DNA from: Callorhinchus milii
Taxonomy: Eukaryota
Assembly (NCBI RefSeq): GCF_018977255.1
Contig: NW_024704743.1
Coordinates: forward strand, 84,074,001 to 84,138,000
Direction: 5' to 3'
Length of the DNA: 64,000 nt
Numbering within the stretch: the stretch's first letter is position 1; every line of letters begins with the position of its first letter. Below, piece by piece: positions 1-12,767 of this stretch. Both the position numbers and the translations under genes were made by a program. The notes below the pieces were generated by a model. It saw only the letters and a program-made list of their open reading frames with translations. It did not search any database and was not told the origin of the DNA.

Positions 1-107
1 TGTGAAAAGCGCTATATCAAATGCAAGGATTATTATTATTATATTGTTATTTTTAATAACAATGCCAAAAGTAGGTTTCTAGTGATCAAATGGACTGCAA
101 ATATCTC

Positions 108-245
108 TAAACACAAAATACTGCAGATGCTGGAATCTGAAACAAAAACAGAGAGAGCTGGGAAAACTCAGCAGGTCAGGAAGCATCATTGGAGAAAGGA
201 AAGTGAGACAACGTTTCGGGTCCACAACCTTTCATCAGAACTCAG
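108..245 (-). mobile_element. Short dispersed repeat with a minimal hammerhead ribozyme core (copy 1)
   Basis: Minus strand reads TGAGTT-CTGATGA-AAGGTTGTGGACCC-GAAACGTT-GTCTCA. Aligns with 8011-8500 and 43341-43405. Confidence 0.75.
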
Positions 246-784
246 ATATAAATATCTCTATTTGTCTGTCATAAAGGAACACTGATGTTCTAATTTGGAA
301 TATGTAAACTAAAACTAATACACAAAACTATCAACTTCTGCTCTAATTATTTAGCTCTCGTCCAGGCCAGAAACATAAAATTATATTTTAGTAATGTTCG
401 GCAGTTAAAGAGAAACTTCTGGAATCCACAAGAATCATAACATTGTAATGGTTGATGTGGTGCTTATGAACAATTAATAGCATTTCCTGATGCTTGAGGC
501 TGGCTGAAGTAATTGGAATATAATGTGAATGGAAAATATGAAATTAAATTTATCAAAGATACATATTGGACACTATTTGAGTTGTTCAAAAGCACTGAAG
601 TCTATAATTGGCCTAAAGTGTGCCATTTATCACTGTCCTACATTGTGAAACTGTGAGAAGAAGGCTGAGTGAAATGTAAGATTCTGAATGACTAGCCAGT
701 AGTTTTCAGTTCCTGAAAGTGTTTGCACAGTCTCCAGCAAATTTAACATTCCTGCCAACAGCTCATGAAGCAACATACAGTATA

Positions 785-960
785 AAACAAATTTACCTTT
801 ATATAGTGCTTTTCTCATTGGGAAGATGACCCAAGGCACTTAACAATACTGACTTGGCACCCAGGCTGAGCAGAGCCAAAGAGGTTGGGAAGGGGAAAGA
901 TGACCGAAAGTGCAGTTAAAGAGGCAGGTCTTGATATGGACCTTGAATGAAGTGAGGAAG
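785..960 (-). mobile_element. Degenerate L2 3' fragment
   Basis: Reverse complement resembles the L2 3' UTR and stem-loop. Confidence 0.6.
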
Positions 961-1212
961 GGAGAGAGGAAAGAACTCAGAGGTGGGGAGGGAGGGAGGG
1001 AAGGAGGAAGGGAGGGAGGTCCAGAGAATAGGGTTAGAAAAGACTGAAAGCCTAAGAACTGAAACTATATTGTAAAAGCAAATGCAATATGATTAACCCT
1101 AAGACTGGGACTCTGGGACACAGCCCTGCATGAGGGGCGCTATATAATGCAAGTTGTTGTTGTTGTTAGACTGCTTCACAGTGATTCCCATCTCCTCTGC
1201 AGATTAACTGGT

Positions 1213-1655
1213 TTTGTGTGTCAGTGTGGTGTAGTAAAACTTTCGTCTCTGAGTCAGAAGGTTGTGGGTTCAAACCCCACGTCAGGACTTGGAGCCACAG
1301 AGTCTAAGCTTACACTCCAATACAGCGTTGGGGGTATATTGCATTGTCGGAGGTGCCGCCTTTGGATAAGATGTTAAACCAAGGACCCATTTGTCTGTTC
1401 AAATGGATGCTAAAGATCCCATGGTACTATTCAAATAGAGAAGGGAGTTCTTCCGTTGTCCTAGCCGACAATCCCCTAAATAAAAATTGGTTATTCATTT
1501 CATGGCTGTTTGTGGGACATTGCTGTACTCAATTGGGCAGAGGTGTTCACCTACAAATACACAGTCACCTCATTTCCCAGTAAATCCTGTGCAGTGCTTT
1601 GAGACGTCTTTCCGATGATAAGGCACTATACCAAATGCAAGCATTATTATTATAT
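1213..1655 (+). mobile_element. SINE family B (Deu-type, SacSINE1-like)
   Basis: tRNA-like head CTCTGAGTCAGAAGGTTGTGGGTTCAA, central GCATTGTCGGAGGTGCC..AAAGATCCCATGG..GCTGTTTGTGGGA, and L2-like tail. Family assignment is from recalled similarity. Confidence 0.85.
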
Positions 1656-2719
1656 TAAACACAAGGATAATTAGGATTATTATAATGGTGAGTTAATGAG
1701 TGAATAAGTGAGTAAGGGCATCAAGAGGTTCAGCAAAGCCAAACAGAGCTATTTCTTACTATCCTCACCTACTCAGTATTCCATTGAAACTACAGCAAAG
1801 TTGCTACTTCATGTCCCTATAGGACTTTGCTTTATCTCAGCGAGGATAACCCACTAATGCAGAAAGAGATACTATCAAAGCTTTTGACGCTGAGTGGAAA
1901 AGGAGGGTATAGAATACATAATTAGTCCTTTCAATGTGATCTATCATATGAATGGAAAATAATTATCCAGTAGTCAAACAGAATCTTATGAATATTCAAC
2001 AAAACAAATGTGACATCGTGTAAATGCACACACAACAATTAGCAGATTAAAGATTGAATTTCATGTGCTTTGGAACTGGGGAAAGCAAAAGCTTTTTAGT
2101 ATGTCACTGATATTGCTGTTCAAATTCTGGTCAATAAGTAGGATTACAAATAATCTTGCTGGAAATTCAATAATTATGGAGGTGAACTTGCGACTTTTCA
2201 CAACAGATTCAATATAATAATTCCAGCGCTGAATATGTTATCAAACAGCAAAATTTCAGTCATCCACTGATTTCAGATCTGTACTCTTACAATGTTTTTT
2301 CTCTCTAAGAAATTGTGAAAGAACACCATCTCTGGGAGGGGCAATCAGAATAAAACTACATGTTATCATCTTAGAGGCGGCATCCTAAACTGCTTCACAG
2401 GATACCAGCTGAGTTTCATTCAGACAATCAAATCTGCCATTCTCCAAGATCAGGGGTGCTGTGCCTGTACAGAATAAACCCCAAATCATATTCTCAGTTC
2501 AGCAATGTACCAACTTTACACTATAGAGTGATAGGATATGGCCTGATACAGTTGATTCCCTTCTAGTGCTTTTAATCCTCATTTTATTCATTCCTACGTG
2601 GGAAGTTAAGCTAGTGATTTTGTGAAACCCAGGAGTTAAGGAAAGGGTGAAATTGTAGGTACTGTCTTTTGACAACAATAACTTACATTTATATGGTGCC
2701 TTCCACATGGATAACATAT

Positions 2720-2968
2720 TTTCTGACCCACCCTATGAAACTCCATCCCATGTGCTCTTCGCCTCATTCCCTCCCTTGCCTCCTTCAAGGCATGTATCAA
2801 AACACTCCTCTTCAACCGAGCCTTCGGCCACCCGCCTACCCTCCCTGTCCTCCACCCTCCCCAATTCCGACTCCCCCGCTCATGTCCAAATCCCTGATTG
2901 TCCAGCACCTTGGGACATCCTCCTGGCGTGAAAGGTGCTATACAAACATAATTTTGTATTGTGTTGTA
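2720..2968 (+). mobile_element. L2 3' fragment
   Basis: CAGCACCTTGGGACATCCTCCTGGCGTGAAAGGTGCTATAC stem-loop and a TTGTA-type tail. Confidence 0.85.
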
Positions 2969-4062
2969 TGAATATTGATCCCTCAAGCAGCCACAGTTTA
3001 CAAAACCTAATCGTGTATCTGGAGCTTGATAATGAATATGATCTGCACACTTGCAACTGACTTACTCTATCGGAAGCCTAAAGTCCCAGTTTTACAAAGG
3101 AAATTATCATATTCCTACTGATACAAGTTTTAGTTTAAAGGTTTTCATGTTTAGCAGCACCTAGGTGCAGGAAAGGTCAGGAAGCTCATTTCCGAGCAGT
3201 CGCAGCCAATAAAAGTGATTTGAGTGTAGTGTACTTAAATAAACAACCACAATAAATTTTGCATAAATGTAGAACGACACTGAAATTGAGATGCAATTAT
3301 TCTGCATTTGTTGGATAAGGACCTGTAATCTCTGGTTTGTCAGGGTCAGCTCCCAATAGGATTTCAAAGAGCTAGTGGAAACCTCCAAATTTTCTCTTAA
3401 TAACACATTCTCTGTCTTTGCACATAGTGAGAACTACTAGATGGGCTGACCTGCATATCCTGAAAATCAAGATATAGTATTCAAAATGACCTAACAGAAG
3501 ATAATTTCCAGTGGAGCCAAAGCGATTAAAAGCGTGACCAAACAGAGATAGACTAGAAGAAGCGTTCTAACAGAATAAATAATAGCTTGCTTCCACTGAT
3601 CAATGACCAAGCAAAAAAATTCATAGATTTAAGACAAACCACAAAATAAAGGAGGTTAGAAAAACAGTTCTTTAACTAGAGGGTGGTTAGAATGTGAACT
3701 TCCCTCAGCAAATTTGTCGAGGTAAAGTCCATATTCTTTTATAGAGGAATTAGATAGATCCTTGAAAAGGGATATGAAATGGAATGTGTGTGTGTGGGGC
3801 GGAGGGAGGAATGACAATGGTGAGTTGGTTGGTTTGTGTGGAGAAAAACACCAGCAAACAGTTGATGAGCTGAATGCTCTTTTTGAACATTCTGTGAATT
3901 TTGCTTCTAAATAAAACAAGTAATGATTCATGGAAAGGAATTTAATTCTATTAGGCTCAAGGGGACTGAAATTCTTCTTAATGTTAAACGTAATAGCTTT
4001 GGCAATGTTTGATTATGATATGTAATCCAATTATAAGGCAATGCCATCAAAGCCATTACTCT

Positions 4063-4376
4063 TAATAATAATAATCCTTGCATTTGCTATAGTGCCTTAT
4101 CACGTCTTCTAGACGTCTCAAGGCGCTTCACAGAATATACTGTAAAGTGAATTGACTGTATATTTGTGGGTGAAACGCAGCAGCCAATTGCGCACAGCAG
4201 TGTCCCACAAACAGTCGTGGATTGAAGTGACCAATTTATTATTCTTTTTTTTCTTCAGGGATTATTATCAGGAGTGTGGAATAAGGAAACTTGCCCAAGA
4301 TTTCACCCTACCGGGAATTGAACACAGGTCTCTCGCTTGCAAGGTGAGCGCTCTAACCACTGAGCCACAGGATTTC
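4063..4376 (-). mobile_element. SINE family A
   Basis: Full-length match to 21055-21372. Confidence 0.92.
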
Positions 4377-5299
4377 AGTCTTAAGAGCAAAGAGGAATTT
4401 TTCACTGCCGTGCTTGTACCAGAATATATAATATTGTACTTTTTTTTATATACATATAGCAGATCATAGGTAAGCAGAATAACCTCCTTTGGGACAATAG
4501 GGTGTGTAGGCCCCATGGGCAGGGAACCTCCTTTGGCCACACTTGCTTCATTGGAATCTGGACCTGAGATCGACCTCTGAGCAGAGTTGTGGAATGTCGG
4601 CCTCAGGAGAGTTGCAATTACAAATGATTTCTGAATTTTCAAAATTAAACCCCTTTATGTCATAATTTGTAGCTGTGGCATCTAAAGAATTCAACATAAA
4701 GAAGACTGAGCATTCACCATTAACTCATGTGGGAATGATATCATTCACAAGTTGAAAACTCCCGTAAGGACCAGTTCCAATCGATAGATCTCTTGAACAT
4801 TGTGAACTGTTATGAACTGGCATCAAGTGGGATTTTCATAAAGCATCTTGAGACATTTTGATGTTTAGGCCCTACATCAAATATAAGGATAATTATAATT
4901 ATTAATATAGGAACAAAACAAAGGATTGTTTATTTATTCCAGTAATATGTCAGACACATATTGTTCTCACTTAAATCGGACACGTGTTCTTTTTACACTT
5001 CTGATATATAAAATCTCTTTCCTTATTACAGAGTGAAAATTGCACTGTTTAATAAAACGGACCATTCATATAAGTAATAGATTAAAGGACTAACACCTCA
5101 ATTAACTTACAGCTATGTGAATATTAGTACAGTCATAGCAAAATGTCTATAATATACAATATAGAGCAATCTGAGCAGCTTTTGAAAGCAAACACATGTT
5201 TCCTGTCATAAGACACTCAATTTGGGGTATTTCTTAACGGAATTGCTGAACAAGATATACAAGTTCTGGGCACTCATTCTGACAATTGTAGTACACCCC

Positions 5300-5590
5300 A
5301 CCAAACCATGGGCACCTCTTATCCTTGAGTCTCCTCCAAGTGGAAAGCGTTTTTCTCTATTAATTCTCTATAACTCTTTCATCATCATAAACATTTCTAT
5401 CATATTCAACGTTTTCTGCTCCAACAAAAATAATTTTATTTTCTGGAGCTCCTTATCAGAACTATATTCTTTAATTTCCAGTTTCATCCTAATGAACCTA
5501 TACTTTGCCTTCTCCATAGTTCTAATATCATTTATATAGCAGAGCACTGAAAATTGCATGTAATATTTCAGCTGAGGCCTAACCAATTGG
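5300..5590 (-). mobile_element. Degenerate CR1-clade LINE fragment
   Basis: LVRPQLKYYMQF...FLLEQ resembles the CR1 ORF2 C-terminus (LVRPHLEYCVQFW). Confidence 0.75.
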
Positions 5591-6147
5591 TTATTTCTGG
5601 GACTTTACTAGTAAAGAATCGATTTTGCCTAGAAAAACAATCATTTACTTGTGAAACTTTTTCAGATAATTTTGCATTAAAATATATTCTAAAATTGGGC
5701 AAACGTCCTGAGTTAAATCTCCTCATGTGAAGTTACAACTATGTTCCTGGTCTACACTAGAAAACTGACTATATAACATAATTTCCTAGACCATATATTG
5801 TCATTCTCCTAGGTTTTTATTTACAGTCAAACAGAAAGCTGACAGGGGTACTAGAGATCGAGCGCAGTAAGTATAGTTATGTTCTAAATCAGCAAGAGTA
5901 ACGATAATTAAGGAACAGTAACAGATTATGTGTGTAATTTTAAAGAATACCTGGTGCTAATTATCATAAGGCATGTCTTAAGAAATACCACATATTTTGC
6001 ATGGTATGTTGAAGACAAGATATTTCCTTAAAGATAATAAATTGGGAAGAGATATCATAGAAGACCAATATCTGGCAAATGGAAAAAATAGATTTTACAT
6101 CCATTTTCACAAATTAACTCCAGACACAATTATATTGTCACATATAA

Positions 6148-6191
6148 ATAAATAAACAAACACACAAACAAACAAACAAACAAACAAACAA
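6148..6191 (+). repeat. (TAAA)/(CAAA)n microsatellite
   Basis: Direct reading. Confidence 0.9.
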
Positions 6192-6239
6192 TGATGTATT
6201 ATGAAGAAACTCTACAAAATAACTGTACCAGTCAGCAAA

Positions 6240-7100
6240 CAGCTTAGGATCCTCAATGTGTGAGGAAATAGTTGAAGTTCCAGTTAATATTTTTAGGAAG
6301 TTCCATAGAAAGTGGAGCTATCCCCTTGAAATGGAAAATATCAAATGCCATCCCATTGTTCAAAAAAAAGGAATGAGGCATGAACCTGGAGATTATAGAC
6401 CATTTAGTTTGACATCCATAATGGGAAAATGCTTGGGAAAACAATATGTCATGCTGTTCAATGTTTATCTAACATGCACTGATGCTATAAGGAATAGTTC
6501 ACATGAAAGGATAGTTTATGCCTCACAAATCTACTGGAATTATCAGAAGGAACTCCACCAGTGAACAAAAACTATCCGGTGAATATAATTAATTGGAATT
6601 TCAGAATCCATTTGATGAGGTTCCACATGTGAGTCTTTATTGAAGATAATTAATAGCAAATGATGTGCTTTGGTTTGAAAACTATCTCTTTAGTAGCCTG
6701 CTGCCTCTACTATTGAAACTATTCATAATTCACTTTTTTATGATATAAAATTTGCTAGAGAGGTGAATAAGATGAAGATCAATAAAATGTGGATAACTGG
6801 GACCAAATTAAGCTGATGGGTCAAAGAGTGAGTGATGGAATTTATTGTAGATAAATTCAAAGTAATGGTTATTGTCGCATTACATATGTGCATAGAATGA
6901 AGGGATGTCCATTATTAGAGGAGGAAAAAAAGGATTTTGGTGTAATTGTTGATCATTCATTAAAACAAATGGTGATAGTTCATAGAAAGGTGACAAGGAT
7001 GATAGAATTAGGCTCATAGAATTGAACTTCTTCTTAAGAAAAAGTTTGTTTGCCCCTCCCAATAATTAGCTTATGAATCCATTACCCAGTACTGAGAATA
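6240..7100 (+). mobile_element. Degenerate CR1-clade RT relic
   Basis: KKG..EPGDYRPFSLTSIMGK and a later EFQNPFDEVPH (compare DFQKAFDKVPH). Many stops. Confidence 0.8.
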
Positions 7101-7599
7101 GTGATTAAGAACAGTATTAGGGCAATGGGCAGACTGAGATGAACACATATTTAATGGAGTACATTACTGTATTGACCTCGGAAGTAGGATATGATCTGTG
7201 GAGAGGCAGAAATCAGGGTTAGATACCAACGATGTGAGGATGGAAAGGATTCTAGAGGTTTGCTTGATATTTGAGAATCAGAAAGTATATGTTTTTCCCC
7301 AAGGGAAAAGATTGAGTAGTGTGAAAGTTATAAATTATAACTGCATGAAAAAGTGAGATTCATGAGTCAAATGGTCTTTCCTCATTCCATGTTTTCTATA
7401 ATTTCGTAACTTATAATATTCACAATTTGCCCAGAGATGCTGCAGAGTTGAGTCTGCAAAAGTTTGCTCCGTTCCTGCAAAGCACGCATAGTTCAATTTG
7501 GAAAATACTCAGCTACAATTTTATAATAATAATAACAACAATCCTTGCTTTATTATAGTGCCTTATCACATTCTTTGAGATGTCTCAAAGCACTTATAA

Positions 7600-7953
7600 A
7601 ATAATAATCTTGCGTTTGATATAGCGGCTTATTACTTCATTGAGCGGTCTGAAAGCTTCACAGAATAAACTGTAAAGTGAATATTTTGTGGGGGAAAAGC
7701 GGCATCCAATTGCGTACAGCAGTGTCCCACAAACAGTCGTGGATTGACTGACCAAATTATTCTTATTTTTAATTTTTTTAATGGATTATTACCCCGGAAA
7801 GGTGATCCGACAATTGATAACAATCGGGTTCCTACTTAATGCTCGTTAAACTTATGGAGTTAAGGAAACTTGCCCAATGTTTTGCCCTGCCGGGAATCAA
7901 ACCCAGGTCATCTCGCTTGCAAGGCAAGTGTTCTACCCCTGAGCTACAGGACA
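7600..7953 (-). mobile_element. SINE family A, long form
   Basis: Head and tail as in family A, plus an extra central segment (AGTAGGAACCCG on the minus strand). Confidence 0.88.
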
Positions 7954-8010
7954 TTTTCCACTCATTATAAGAGCTTGCTAAGTAGCGTGTAACGGACTGG
8001 CTGCACTGTT

Positions 8011-8500
8011 CAGTTTCTGATGAAAGTTTCATCAACCTGAAACGTCAACTCATTTCCTTCTCTCCATAGATGCTGCCTGACCTGATGAATGTTCCTTAAC
8101 ACTTCTGTTTTTATTTCAGATTTCAAATGATACCCCATATGATACTCCACTCAGCTCAGCAAGCTCCAGTCTGCTCCACCTCCCCCGCCAGATCCGCCAT
8201 GCCATCGGAGGTCGAGTCTTCAGCCTCTTTGCCCCCACACTCTGGAACTCCATCTCATATTCTCTTTGCCTTGCTCCCTCCCTTGCCTTCTTCAAAGCAC
8301 GTCTCAAGCCCCTCCTCTTTGACCGCACCTTTGGCCACCCTCCTACCCTCCTTGCCCTCTCTTATCCCAACTCCCCACACCCGCTCGGTTCCAAATTCTT
8401 GACTGTCCAGCACCTTGGGATGTCCTTCCAATGTGAAAGGAGCTGCACAAATGTAATTTTGTATTGTATTTCTAGCATCTGCAGTATTTTGGCTTTTTTG
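8011..8500 (+). mobile_element. Hammerhead-bearing repeat (copy 2), split by an L2 insertion at 8125-8467
   Basis: CAGTTT-CTGATGA(8017)-AAGTTTCATCAACCT-GAAACGTC(8039-8046)-AACTCA. The element resumes as TAGCATCTGCAGTATTTTG after the L2. Confidence 0.78.
8125..8467 (+). mobile_element. L2 3' fragment inserted in a hammerhead-bearing repeat
   Basis: L2 C-terminal and 3' UTR similarity. ATTTC is duplicated at 8120-8124 and 8468-8472. Confidence 0.85.
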
Positions 8501-9507
8501 CTTATTATGAGGAATTCACTATAATTACTGTACTTTTTTCCCGGAAGATATTATTTTACCCAATCCTTCTTGGTGTGTGGTGGGGTGGAAGGCAAATGGG
8601 GCGTCCATAGGGCTGAACTGGTTTCAAGGTGTCATGCATTATAATGAATGTTGGAATCAAATCAACCCTGTGTAGCTGTCTTGGTAGTCTGCATCTTGCA
8701 TCAGGCAGCTTCTCATTACTCTAGGGCACTGCTGGTGACAGACCAGCAAGCTTGGCTCGTTGGCAGACCTTGAAGAGGTCAGGAATTCCTGCCACTTAGT
8801 TCCTATGATCCTTACATTATCCTTGATGTTGCTCTTGATGGGAAGCTTTGTGCTTTTAGCTGGTTAAACTCTAGCAGTGCCTCCAAAGCACATGCTGGGG
8901 TCCCCAAGCCTTACTTTCACCAACCTGCTCTAATCCTCTCTGGAATTAGGGAAGCAGGGTGCATTCCACCAGGGAGAGAGTGCACATTCCATTCCAGTCG
9001 CACAGTTTTTTCCATGTGTAACTGACCTACACATTTGGAAGTCTCTGTTTCGTTTGGATATGCTTAACATGATGATGGCAATGCGCATATGTCAGAGACC
9101 TGGCTGACCAAACAAAATACTATTTTATCCATCAAATCACTGAACTGAGTAGAATCCTCTGAAATACAGCTTTGCTATTCAAAAAACACATGTACATTCC
9201 AATGAAAATAATAGTCACTGGGATTGAAAGAGCCCTCATTGGAAACACAGAATCATAAATTGTGCCTTGTGATAAAATTCCTGCAGGGAATCCCATTTAA
9301 ATTATTGTAACCATGTGAGAACTCAACCCCATAAAAGATTTGGAGGCATCTTCTCATGAGTTCATAGGACATATATAGGGTTCCCTGGATGAGATATACT
9401 TTATGTGCTAAGATCCTTTTTCTGGTGTGAGGTGCTGTACTTTTTCCACCTCACACTGAGGGTATCCATGTAGGAAAGGCTGTTATTATGTTATATTGTT
9501 ATGTTGT

Positions 9508-10800
9508 CGCTATCCTACTCCACCGCTTGTCCTCCCACCTCAACCTTCAAGGCACTGTCCTTGAATGGTTTAGCTCTTACCTTTCCCACCGTCTTCACTT
9601 CGTCTCAACGAATGGCTTCTCCTCCACCCCCCGTACTGTCTCATGTGGTGTCCCTCAGGGCTCTGTCCTCGGTCCCCTCCTCTTCACCCTCTATATGCTC
9701 CCCCTCGGTGACATCATCCGCAAACATGGGGTTAACTTCCACATGTATGCGGATGACACCCAACTCTACCTTTCCTCCTCTACTCTCAACTCCACGACCA
9801 CCGATGTCCTGACAGCCTGCCTGTCCGACATCGAGTCCTGGACGAGAGACAACTTTCTTCAGCTCAACGTGCGAAAAACCGAGGCCCTCCTGATTGGCTC
9901 ACGTCAGCGCCTCCGCACCTCAGGCGCTGACACCATCAGCATCCAAGGCTGCACTCTCCACCTCTCAAAGCCAGTCAGGAACCTCGGCGTTTTGTTCGAC
10001 CCTGAGCTGTCCTTTCTCCCTCACATCCGCACCACAACTGGCACCGCCTTCCATCACCTCCGGAATATCGCCAGATTACGGCACTACCTCACCCCTCACG
10101 CTGCTGAAACCCTGGTTCACGCCTTTGTCACCTCAAGGCTGGACTATGGGAACTCTCTCCTCGCCGGCCTTCCCGCCACCTCCCTCCACAAGCTGCAGGT
10201 CATTCAGAACTCTGCAGCTCGTGTACTGTCCCGCACCAGGCTTCGGGACCACATCACTCCTACCCTCGCTCGCCTCCACTGGCTCCCCATCCCCCAGAGG
10301 ATTGATTTCAAGATCCTCATCCTCACCTACAAGGCCATTCACGGCCTTGCTCCCTCCTACCTCTCCAACCTACTATCCCCCTACCTACCTGCCCGTACCC
10401 TCCGTTCCTCTGGCTCCGGTCTGCTCCACGTCCCCCGCCCCAACCGCCCTACTATCGGTGGTCGGGCCTTCAGCCTCTCAGCCCCGAGGCTCTGGAACTC
10501 CATCCCCCAGTGCCTTCGCCTTGCTTCCTCCCTTTCCTCCTTCAAGGCCGGTCTCAAAACCTTTCTCTTTGACCGAGCCTTCAGCTCCCCTCTCGACTCT
10601 CTTCCTCCTCCTCGCTCCCTCCCTTCCCTCCCCTCACCCTGACCATTTCCCCCCTCCTCTCTCCCTCCCTTCCCTCCCCTCACCCTGACCATTTCCCCCC
10701 TGCTCGGGTCATGACCCAACTGTGCAGCGCCTTGGGACGTCCTCCTGACGTGAAAGGCGCTCTATAAATGGAATCTTGTTGTTGTTGTTGTTGTTGTTGT
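9508..10800 (+). mobile_element. Young L2 LINE, 5'-truncated (RT C-terminal half, 3' UTR, (TTG)n tail)
   Basis: Open frame to 10642 with [10 protein letters not shown] and YADD. Protein is almost identical to the 58.5-kb copy. Confidence 0.96.
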
Positions 10801-11308
10801 AAAAATACATTCCTTCCTTTACAATGACAGAATATGTAAAGATTTCAAAACAGAAGGTGTTTCAGAGAGAGGAAAGGAGAGGAAAATCATTTTATAATTG
10901 AAAATACAGCTGAATTAGGAATCAAAATGAAATTAGATATGACAGCAATTGATGCAATAATATTCTGCCTATGAAATGCGATTATCCTGACACAAATTGA
11001 TTGATCGGGCTTGCTTTTTTTCGACTCAATGAGAGACTTTATGTGAAGTCACTAAGCACTTGTTTGAAACACAAAGTGATTTGGGTCCAGGAAAATATCA
11101 GCAAAAATTGTACGTTGATGAAGTATTTAGAAAATTGTTTTGCTGTTCAAACTCAATTGAGCCATCATGGACTGGAGAAAAATCCATTCAGCCACTAGAC
11201 CCTTTTTTTTTGAACAGGCTATGCTGTAATAGACTCTAATTTATTTCAAATCCAGAGGAAGGTGAATAGCCACTGCTTAAAATTTCCGAGAAGAGAACGT
11301 TCTGTTAT

Positions 11309-11418
11309 ACTTCTTCAATTGATACATGAATATCTTTGAGCTTCACTCACTTATATTCAGGGCTCCTGAATGTAAATGAGTGAAAGCGCAAAGATATCCA
11401 CGTATCAATTGAAGAAGT
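11309..11418. repeat. 110-bp imperfect palindrome
   Basis: Arms ACTTCTTCAATTGATAC...ATTCAGG and CCTGAAT...GTATCAATTGAAGAAGT with a 3-nt loop. Confidence 0.92.
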
Positions 11419-11558
11419 CTAATCTGCCAGTTTTTCTAAATCCCTTTTTCAAAATGATCCCATTTGTCATCCCTCCCCCTATTTCCCTTAATATTTTTCC
11501 TGCTCAGGTTTTTATACAATACTATTTACACTTGTGATGTGCCTTTCACATTGAGAAG

Positions 11559-12767
11559 ACAACAACAAAAACAACAAGATTACAGTTGTATAGCGCCTTT
11601 CACGTAGGGAGGACATCCCAAGGCACTGGACAGTGTACAGCATTTCAGACCCGAGCTGAGGTTCGAAAGGGAGAAGGGTGGGGAAGGGAAGGGGGATGGC
11701 CGATGGCATAGTCGAAGAGGAGGGTCTTGAGGCGGGGCTTGAAGGAGGCTAAGGAGGGGGTGAGACGGAGTGATTGGGGGAATGGAATTCCAGAGGTTGG
11801 GGCAGAGTGGCTGAAGGCTCTCCCACCAATGGTGGGGCAGGTGGGTCGGGGGACGTGGAGCAGGCCGGAGCCGGCTGAGCAGAGGGAACGGGTAGGTTGG
11901 TAGGGGTTTAGGAGGTCTCAGAGGCAGGATGGGGCGAGGCCATGGATGGCTTTGGAGGTGAGGACCAGGATCTTGAACTGGATCCTCTGAAGGATAGGGA
12001 GCCAATGGAGTCGGGTGAGAATGGGGGAAATGGGGTCATGAAGTTTGGTGCAGGAGAGGACATGGAATGCAGAGTTCTGGATTATCTGCAGCCTGTGGAG
12101 GGAGGAGTTGGGAAGACCGACAAGCAGGGCGTTTGCATAGTTGAGCCTGGAGGTGATGAAGGCATGAACAAGAGTTTCAGTGGCCTGAGGGGTGAGGTAG
12201 TGGCGGAGTCGGGCAATGTTATGGAGGTGAGGGAAGGCAAAGCGGGTCATGGCTTGGATGTGGGGAAGAAAAGACAGTTGAGGGTCGAACAAGACACCGA
12301 GGTTCCTGACTGGCTTGGTGAGTTGAAGTGTGCAACCATGGAGGTTGATGCTGCCAGATCCTGAGGTGCAGAGGCGCTGGCGCGAGCCAATCAGGAGGGC
12401 CTCAGTCTTGTTCACATTCAACTGTAGGAAATTTGCCCTCATCCAGGACTTGATGTCCGACAGTCAGTCTGTCAGGACAGCAGTGGTCCTGGAGTTGAGG
12501 GTGGAGGCAGAAAGATAGAGTTGGGTGTCATCCGCATACATATGGAAGTTGACCCCATGTCTGTGGATGATGTCATCAAGGGGGAGCATGTAGATATTAA
12601 AGAGGAGAGGGCCAAGGACAGAGCCCTGGGGGACGCCAGACGTGACAGTGCGGGGGCTGGAGAAGAAACTTAGGCAACAGAGTGGAGATGGTGAGAGAGA
12701 TAGGAATCGAACCAGGCAGGGGCAGGTCCGTGAAGATTAAATGAAGAGGAGAGGCGGTGTATGAGGT
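11559..12767 (-). mobile_element. Older L2 subfamily, 5'-truncated and disrupted
   Basis: HMYADD near 12530, [22 protein letters not shown], 3' stem-loop and tail. The frame is broken. Confidence 0.93.

Noticed and set aside
9894..10719. Pro/Ser-rich and Arg/Gly-rich ORFs (also 58401-59273, 14610-15194, 39984-40679)
   Set aside because: These are alternative or antisense frames of the C-rich L2 ORF2.
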